A stretch of DNA of 41,302 nucleotides. It comes from Thermoplasmatales archaeon SW_10_69_26. Its GTDB lineage: Archaea > Thermoplasmatota > SW-10-69-26. Below, piece after piece: positions 35,601-41,302 of the stretch (position 1 is the stretch's first letter; each line of letters opens with the position of its first letter). Made by a program: the position numbers and the translations under genes. The notes under the pieces were generated by a model, which worked only from the letters and a program-made list of their open reading frames with translations, had not been told where the DNA came from and searched no databases. Location of the stretch: NCBI GenBank assembly GCA_003009755.1, contig PXUB01000048.1, positions 1 to 41,302 on the forward strand, given 5' to 3'.

Positions 35601-37868
35601 GGCGATGTCACGCTCGGTCTCGAGCTGACGCCCCCCGAAAGCGGTGCCCAGGAGAACGAGCGGTTCGGGTTCACCGTGCTCGCCAAGTCCGACGAGGTAC
35701 CCGACGAGGACGACTCGATCGGCATCGCCACCCAGATCGGACGGACCTTCGGCTTCGAGCTCGACCGCGGCACGCAGACGATCCGCGCCCACCCCGGTGA
35801 CGAGGTCGCCTTCGGGCTCGCGATCGCCAACTCCGGCGCCACGCGCGACGGCTTCGCCGTCGAAACGTCCAGCGACAACGCCGACCCGACCGCGCAACCC
35901 GACAGCCCGACGATCTCCTCGACCTCCGAGAAGACCAGCTCGATCCGCGTCGACGTGCCCACGAGCGCCCAAGCCCGCAACAGCATCGACCTCTCCGCGT
36001 CCGTCAGTGCCGAACGCGGCACCCCAAGCGACCCCAGCGACGACCTCGGGCCCAAGACCGCCGACTACACGATCAACGTGGTCGAGGCCAAGCAGCTGAC
36101 CATGGAGGCCGAACGCTCGATCGCCAGCGTCTCCCCCGGCGGGCAGACCGCGCTGAACTTCTCGATCACCAACCAGGGCTCCACGACGAAGGAGCTGCAG
36201 ATCACCCAGCCCGTGGGCCCCAGGGACTGGGACACCTCGCTGCGGACCGCCGACGGCGAACCCAGCCCGGACAACGTGACGATCGGTCCCGAGGAGACGA
36301 TCACGCAGACCGTGCTCGTCGAGGCCCCGTCCTCGGTCACGGAGGGCTCGACGTACCCGTTCGTGATCGAGGCGACCAACCTCGACGACAACGACGAGTT
36401 CGCCGTCGCCCGCGCCGAAGCGATCGCGCAGGGCGAGACGGCGATCGCCCTCGAGATCGACCGGAACCAAACCGAGGTCGTGGACGCCGGCGAGACGACG
36501 GAGTTCCCGATCCTCGTCCGCAACCCCGGCACAAGCCCGACCAGCTACAAGCTGGGCGCCACCTTCGAGTCCGAGGACTGGATCGCCCAGTTCGTCGACG
36601 CCAGCAGCGGCACCGTGCTCGGCAACGACACGATCAACGTCCCCGAGGACGAGTTCCGCCGCGTCGTCGTCGAGGTGCAAGCCCCCAACGACGCCGAGCA
36701 AGGCCACGTCGAGACGATCGACGTCGGCGCGTTCGCGCGCGGCCAACGCTCCGTCGAGGACCAGGTGACCTTGACCGCCGAGATCCACCGCTACGGTGTC
36801 GAGATCGACGTCACCGGCGCCCAAGCCAAGGACGTGGCGCCCGGGGACGCGACCACCTTCCAGGTGGACCTCACGAACACCGGCAACGGCGAGGACCAGA
36901 TCCAGCTCGCCTTCGACGAACCCGAGGGCCAGGACGCCGGCTACGAGGTCACCAGCTCGCTCACCGACGACACCACGCCGACCCTCGAGGCCGGCGAGAC
37001 GCTGGAGAACGTGACCGTCGAGGTCCACATCCCCAGCCCCAACCCCGAGGACGCCCCGGTCGCCCGCGAGGGCGGCGTCACGACGCTGATCGAGGCCCGA
37101 TCCAGCGTCGACGGCTCCGGCGGGAACGTGCCCACCTCGACCGCCGAGGTCACGACCCGCCTCGTCGACTACGTGCTCGACGATATCGACGGCGACAGCG
37201 CCTTCGAGGTCGCGCTCGACCTCAACCGTGATCTGAGCGACGGGTACGAGATCTTCCGCGATCAGGACACCCAGCTCATCGAGCGCGGCGAGCTGAACGC
37301 GACCCAGAGCACGGCCTCGTCCAGCCTGTACGTCATCGACGGTGACGACGACGGGCGCGCCGAGCACGTCATCGACACCGACGACGACGGCGTCGGGAAC
37401 GTCTACTTCGACCCCGACCGTGCTCGGACGTTCGACATCCCGTTCACGTTCGACGCCACCGGTGACGCGCAAAGCGAGCACCCGATCGACGTGGACTTCG
37501 ACGGCGTCATCGACCGCGTGTTCGACCCCGCCAACGAGGAGCTGCGCAAGACCGCGAACCTGGACCTCAGCGGGGACGGGCGAGCCGACGTGCTCGTGGA
37601 CACGAACGGCGACACCCGGTTCGACAAGTACGTCAACCCGCACCGGGACCCGGTCGTGGTCACCGAGGTCGAACGCGACGGGGATCTGTACAAGGTCGAC
37701 ACCGACGGCAGCGGCCAGATCGACACGCACTACGACGTGTCCACGCAGAGCGTGCAGGACGCCGAGACCGCGAACCTGCAGACCTTCCTCGGCTCGTACT
37801 GGTACGTGATCGTGGCGTTCCTGGCCGTCGTGGTCGCCTTCGGCGTGATCTTCTACCGTCGACTGTGA
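32691..37868 (+). CDS. giant (1725 aa) membrane-anchored surface protein with ~8 Ig-like repeats and a DxDxDG-repeat domain
   Basis: SD GAGGTG; signal peptide; eight N-x-G-type repeats; 8-9 DxDxDG-like loops near the C-terminus; TM followed by YRRL. Confidence 0.9.
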   Translation: MTRTNPRLALLLTIVLAVSGVALFAANVGGQSSDTVPVDFQSSGLGKTALHFDREGGGADCTPTAEPIDAGGEEEADVNPLCQLRIQPPGDQGSPDSERRSVQSGDPSGEAGAEAEDPIRFALDADPDDGFSPDRIPDGAAFNFSIRSTASSLTTVFYYSSDAVCQEGVPFGAGEQQPIDFVVRYHKVTEDELQNDEASFEDPFASTSKTVCGNGASQISAANADRVSVDTTLDQPVSFAQDEAIVTEIVAVNSDADDQNFEWEMYFGDRDYDTRTEVRSPESVQHAVWAADRTGTVRDNFDPDSPDGLVPHLALRSPFGSDAILSGVYDAQIRDPEGDLVDLVTDDEDTTTALGLTEKEDLTIRGGAQKIFEIETPEDQTQPWDYPSDVQPGAYTIEIEGEVIQDTDKTFTRSVAMGAFAFDLAPEDGESTDHRLKQGSSTTYLLEVANRGTESDSYAIDASFEFSEGGDTWAVDLVGVDQNDRVTVDGGDVALLRVTITPPDGVSLGDRARVLVTADSTTSDAQQNVTLEAQVTDRTVRDVGGFALSDEDNRKQIRVGQTTSLRAFAWNQGTAQDGISVQVDQNSTPEEFDVSVPQAAVTGVSPGNVGSFTIDVTPSDVQEGDEHTFDVEVQSRAEPQAVDTFTVHTIVTAERSVEIVGLDHQNDESLDSLRFSRFNRSNEDVNGDERSGYCEPGVRDEVQRPDECDEFHNFTYHRAVVTNTGDQPEVVDLSLLPEDGRTESIPSPNDCQPLLDTRIQRMEEDRGIDPVAIVDGIDTDAPGTESTVSDVQLDPGESQVVYLRLGYDGKTSIWEDLGEFSECSQESFHATILASLDNGETKTLSTETRFPYENTQDMDEDAQARLALLDSFTREDGTVAELPGRTGLELGETTTINFTLSLQQGHHDQAQVELANDNEIQDLLADGWEIRLDGVDVPVDREGPREITVPGDVAFADNDSAERSVGYVSGGDVTLGLELTPPESGAQENERFGFTVLAKSDEVPDEDDSIGIATQIGRTFGFELDRGTQTIRAHPGDEVAFGLAIANSGATRDGFAVETSSDNADPTAQPDSPTISSTSEKTSSIRVDVPTSAQARNSIDLSASVSAERGTPSDPSDDLGPKTADYTINVVEAKQLTMEAERSIASVSPGGQTALNFSITNQGSTTKELQITQPVGPRDWDTSLRTADGEPSPDNVTIGPEETITQTVLVEAPSSVTEGSTYPFVIEATNLDDNDEFAVARAEAIAQGETAIALEIDRNQTEVVDAGETTEFPILVRNPGTSPTSYKLGATFESEDWIAQFVDASSGTVLGNDTINVPEDEFRRVVVEVQAPNDAEQGHVETIDVGAFARGQRSVEDQVTLTAEIHRYGVEIDVTGAQAKDVAPGDATTFQVDLTNTGNGEDQIQLAFDEPEGQDAGYEVTSSLTDDTTPTLEAGETLENVTVEVHIPSPNPEDAPVAREGGVTTLIEARSSVDGSGGNVPTSTAEVTTRLVDYVLDDIDGDSAFEVALDLNRDLSDGYEIFRDQDTQLIERGELNATQSTASSSLYVIDGDDDGRAEHVIDTDDDGVGNVYFDPDRARTFDIPFTFDATGDAQSEHPIDVDFDGVIDRVFDPANEELRKTANLDLSGDGRADVLVDTNGDTRFDKYVNPHRDPVVVTEVERDGDLYKVDTDGSGQIDTHYDVSTQSVQDAETANLQTFLGSYWYVIVAFLAVVVAFGVIFYRRL

Positions 37869-37872
37869 CACG

Positions 37873-39117
37873 ATGCAGGGGACGTTCCTCGGAGGCGCCG
37901 GGGAGGTCGGCCGCCTGGGCCTGGTCCTGGGCCGAGCCGGCTCCCGGCTGCTGCTGGACTACGGGCTCGCGCCGGAGGACCCACCCCAGTACCCCAAACC
38001 GGCCCCCCCGGTCTCGGCCGCGCTCGTCACCCACGCCCACCTCGACCACGCCGGCATGATGCCGGCGATCGCCCACGAGTCCCCGGCCCCGATCTACGGG
38101 TCCGGGCCCACCCTGGACACGGCCGAGCTGCTGTGCCAGGACTGCCTCAAGGTGCACCGCATCGAGGGCTATGGCACCCCCTACAAGGACGTCGCCGTCG
38201 ACCAGATGGCGGCCGATGCCCGCCCGATCCGGATGCGCAGCCCGTTCACCGTCGAGGACTGGGAGATCCAGGCCGAAAACGCCGGCCACATCCCCGGCTC
38301 GTGCATGTACCGCCTGCAGGCCGGCGGCTCCAGCCTGATGTTCACCGGCGACCTGAACACGACGGAGAGCCAGCTCGTCGACCCGGCCGAACCGATCGCC
38401 TGCGACACGCTGATCATGGAGGGCACCTACGCCGGTCGCGAGCACCCGCCCCGCCGCCAGACCGAGAACGAGTTCACACAGGCCGTGCGAGCCACGGTCG
38501 AGGCCGGCGGCACCTGCGTCATCCCCGCCTTCGCCGTCGGGCGCACGCAAGAGGTGCTGCTCGTGCTCGACGAGATGGACATCGACCGCCCGGTGTACAT
38601 CGACGGGATGGGCGCCCGCGTCACCGAGCTGTTCCTGCGCCACCCGTACTTCCTCAAAGACGCCGACCGCCTGGAACGCGTCTACAACGACGCCCACCGC
38701 ATCCGCGGCCACCGCATGCGCCAGCAGGCGACCGAGCCCGGCAACATCGTGGTCACGACGAGCGGCATGGTCGAGGGCGGCCCGGTCATCACGCACCTCA
38801 AGCACACCCACGACGACCCGAACAACAGCGTGCTGCTCACCGGTTACCAGGTCGAGGGCACCGGCGGCCGCCGCCTGCTCGACGAGCACCGCGTCGACCT
38901 CGACGGCGAGGTCGTCAACGTGAACGCCACGGTCGACCACTTCGACTTCAGCGGGCACGCCGGCCACAGCGAGCTCGTGGACTTCGCCGAGGGCTGCCGC
39001 CCGGAGACGATCGTGCTCTGCCACAGCGACGAGCCCGAGCTCCTCGTCGACGATCTGGAAAGCGTCGCCGAGCGCGTGATCGCGCCGAACACCGGCGAGG
39101 TCTTCACCGTGCCGTGA
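37873..39117 (+). CDS. MBL-fold beta-CASP ribonuclease (aCPSF2-like, no KH domains)
   Basis: THAHLDHAG, NAGHIPGS, TGDLN, MEGTY, PAFAVGRTQE, TSGMVEGG, GYQVEGT, DFSGHAG, CH. Confidence 0.92.
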   Translation: MQGTFLGGAGEVGRLGLVLGRAGSRLLLDYGLAPEDPPQYPKPAPPVSAALVTHAHLDHAGMMPAIAHESPAPIYGSGPTLDTAELLCQDCLKVHRIEGYGTPYKDVAVDQMAADARPIRMRSPFTVEDWEIQAENAGHIPGSCMYRLQAGGSSLMFTGDLNTTESQLVDPAEPIACDTLIMEGTYAGREHPPRRQTENEFTQAVRATVEAGGTCVIPAFAVGRTQEVLLVLDEMDIDRPVYIDGMGARVTELFLRHPYFLKDADRLERVYNDAHRIRGHRMRQQATEPGNIVVTTSGMVEGGPVITHLKHTHDDPNNSVLLTGYQVEGTGGRRLLDEHRVDLDGEVVNVNATVDHFDFSGHAGHSELVDFAEGCRPETIVLCHSDEPELLVDDLESVAERVIAPNTGEVFTVP

Positions 39118-39225
39118 CGGTCGGGACGTCCACTGGCGGACAGTCAAGCCATCGTACGGCAAAACATACAACGGGAGGGGAACTCATACACGGGTTGATG
39201 ATCCCGACGAACGGGAGGCTCTCCG

Positions 39226-39825
39226 GTGACGGATCCTGACGCAGACCCCGGGGGCTGTTGCCCCCGGGTCCTTCCGTTCTTCGTGGTCGCCGCCGTCGTC
39301 CTGCTGACCGCCGGCTGCCTCAGCGGCGGTCCATCGAGCCCTTCGAACGCGTCCGAGGACGTCGGTCCCACGAGCGATTCCCCGTCGACGGCCCACGCCG
39401 AGCCGACGAAGATCGTCGATATTCACAACGACGACGAAGCCAAGGAAGCGGACGTGGCTTGCCTCGCCGGGGGTGCTCCGAGCTTGCCTCGGGAATCCGG
39501 CGCCTACGTTGCCGCCGGTACCTCGCAACTGCGGGTCGAGGTTTCCCTGGCTCTCACGTACACGTCCACCCAGGTCGGCTACGTGCTCGACAGCAACGCG
39601 GCCGACCACGCCGACGACAACAACCGATCGATCACGTGGCTCACCCAGGTCGGGCCCGGCGAGGAGGCCACGTTCACGGTGAACGTCTCCAGCGACCAGT
39701 TGGAGGAACCAGGCGAGAACCGCTGGACGTTCTATCAACGGATGCAGCCGCCCGGTGTGGACGACGTGTGCTACACCGGTGGGGGGATGGGGGAGAAGGA
39801 CACCGTGATCGAGGCGGTGCCCTGA
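39226..39825 (+). CDS. putative lipoprotein
   Basis: Hydrophobic stretch and lipobox LLTAGC, Ser/Pro linker, beta-sandwich-like body with a Cys pair; start uncertain. Confidence 0.75.
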   Translation: MTDPDADPGGCCPRVLPFFVVAAVVLLTAGCLSGGPSSPSNASEDVGPTSDSPSTAHAEPTKIVDIHNDDEAKEADVACLAGGAPSLPRESGAYVAAGTSQLRVEVSLALTYTSTQVGYVLDSNAADHADDNNRSITWLTQVGPGEEATFTVNVSSDQLEEPGENRWTFYQRMQPPGVDDVCYTGGGMGEKDTVIEAVP

Positions 39826-39835
39826 ACCACCCGGC

Positions 39836-40108
39836 TTGAGCGAAGAGGAAGGCGGCGCTCGTCAGGCCGAGCTCTCCCGGCCGCGGATCGTGGACTCGAC
39901 CGTTCCCGTGGCCGGCGAGGCTGGCGGGTCGGGCCTGTTTCGGTGTCCGCGTCGCCCCGGGCGGTCGAACCCGGCCGAGGTCGAGCTCATCCCGCCCGAG
40001 CAGGGGTCCTCGCAGTCGGCCGACGCCACCGAGGGCGTCCCCGGTCCGTCCCCCCTCGCGGGCGTGTCCGCGCACGCGGGCGAAACCGTCCCCCGGGCAC
40101 GGGACTGA
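39836..40108 (+). pseudogene. possible remnant of a CTERM-anchored surface gene
   Basis: AEVELIPPEQGSSQSADATEGVPGPSPLAGV resembles a linker plus VPG sorting motif without an intact TM. Confidence 0.2.
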
Positions 40109-40176
40109 ACGCGCGGGACGACCGTTCAAATCATCCATCCACACGCCTTATCTTCCCACGCGGCCCTCGGCCGTCG

Positions 40177-40860
40177 ATGGAGGAAACCGTGTGGTGGATC
40201 GCGGCTGGGCTGCTGGTCGTCGCCGGTCTGAGCGGCCCCGTCGCGAGCGCGCAGCAGACCGTCACGACGACCGTCACCGGGAGCGTCCAGGAGGCTCCCG
40301 ACGAACTCCCAGGCGTGTACCGGGCGAACCTCGAGGTCACCGTCGAAGCCAGCGGCGGGCAGTGCCTGTGTCAGCAGACGGCCGTCGTGCTGCACGCGAG
40401 CGATCGGTCCGACCCGGTCGACGAGGTCGCCTTCTCGCCGCGAGGTTTCGCCGTCGACTGGACGAGGAACGCCGACGAGGTCGGTCGCGCCGAAGAGACG
40501 AACGTGCGGGTCGCGATCGGGGTCTCCGAGGTGCCCGAGAACGCCTCGCTGCTCAGGGTGACGGTCGTCCCCGAGGCCACGTCGAGCAGCCAGCTCGTTC
40601 ACGACCGGACGAACCCGACCCAGTTGGCGTTCGCGATCCCCGACGGCAACACCAGCCAGGCCGACGAGGCCAGCGCGGACGCCTCCCAGGACGGCGGGGG
40701 CGACGAGGGGCCCGACGACGGCGGCGACGGGCTGGACGTCGCGACGGACAGCGCCGAGCCGGTCTCGGAGGCCGGCTTCGACGGGACGGCGATCGGCACC
40801 GGCACCGCGGCGGCCAGCCTCGCCCTGCTCGGCTTGGCCGTGCGTCGATTCGGTGGGTGA
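40177..40860 (+). CDS. secreted protein with C-terminal TM anchor
   Basis: Signal ending ASA-Q, CLC motif, acidic linker, AGF...LALLGLAVRRFGG. Confidence 0.78.
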   Translation: MEETVWWIAAGLLVVAGLSGPVASAQQTVTTTVTGSVQEAPDELPGVYRANLEVTVEASGGQCLCQQTAVVLHASDRSDPVDEVAFSPRGFAVDWTRNADEVGRAEETNVRVAIGVSEVPENASLLRVTVVPEATSSSQLVHDRTNPTQLAFAIPDGNTSQADEASADASQDGGGDEGPDDGGDGLDVATDSAEPVSEAGFDGTAIGTGTAAASLALLGLAVRRFGG

Positions 40861-41130
40861 GCCTCCGAGGAGCCCCCGTCACCGGCTCTCGGGCCGCCAT
40901 GCTGGTGAGGCCGAGGCACTCGAGGGCCGGTTCCATCACCCGGTCACACGGCTTCGGGGGACGGCAGGCGCAGGCCTCGCCGCAGCGGGTGTGGGCAGAC
41001 TCGAGAGCTAGCATTTGGGGGGTCCAGCCCCGACCAAAGGCTCAGGCGTGGCCCGCACAAATGCCGCCAGTGCCGTAACTTCATCAGAGGAGATCGACAC
41101 TTCCTTACCTGAGCATGAGTCTATGGAACT

Positions 41131-41302
41131 GTGCGACGAAAGACCATCACTATCGCACTCTGCATAGTAGCTTTGACCGGTTTGTCGGGGGCCGCCCAAG
41201 CCGCAGGCAACTCTGGGGTATCCGATTCTTGCCAGATTGTTTTGAATCATCTCTCAGCAAAGTATAGCGGGGATGAGATGTCCGCAGACGAGTTCCGGCA
41301 AG
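41131..41302 (+). CDS. secreted protein, 5' part only (runs off the window)
   Basis: GTG-RRKTITIALCIVALTGLSGAAQA-AGNSG signal peptide; open to the window end; locally lower GC; not in the ORF track. Confidence 0.65.
   Translation, partial: MRRKTITIALCIVALTGLSGAAQAAGNSGVSDSCQIVLNHLSAKYSGDEMSADEFRQ

Noticed and set aside
32580-37871. 1763-aa minus-strand ORF and many other long antisense or alternative-frame ORFs (e.g. 10627-12294, 21643-23229, 27921-30104)
   Set aside because: Shadow ORFs produced by GC-rich codon bias of the real genes; V/G/L- or R/P-rich with no motifs
41008-41250. 80-aa minus-strand ORF
   Set aside because: Overlaps the more convincing plus-strand signal-peptide ORF at 41131 and has no recognisable features

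Overview
High-GC (about 68-70% by eye), core-rich archaeal chromosome segment with a very acidic (D/E-rich, salt-in type) proteome. Gene content (archaeal exosome Rrp4/41/42, split transketolase, arginase, GatCAB) fits a halophilic Thermoplasmatota-like archaeon better than a member of Halobacteria (inference, no search run). Housekeeping content: tktA/tktB, gatCAB head-to-head with tRNA-Asn(GTT), HAD phosphatase, B3/B4 domain protein, arginase, queE, hisS, tRNA-Thr(CGT), the proteasome-exosome superoperon (short Pop5, psmA, SBDS, rrp4, rrp41, rrp42, rpl37ae, rpoP, pcc1, pfdB) and a beta-CASP nuclease. About half the window encodes uncharacterised secreted or surface proteins. These include (i) a modular two-gene surface locus followed by a 3-TM protein and a double winged-helix regulator, whose two promoters share a near-identical palindromic motif, and (ii) a 10-kb three-gene operon of beta-propeller/Ig-repeat proteins ending in a 1725-aa protein with DxDxDG repeats. 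Other notable items: eL43 with a P-stalk-like acidic tail, a conserved motif exactly 37 nt upstream of two accessory genes, triple-hairpin RNA-like elements, and decayed lipoprotein genes. No CRISPR array, rRNA, integrase or transposase was seen.
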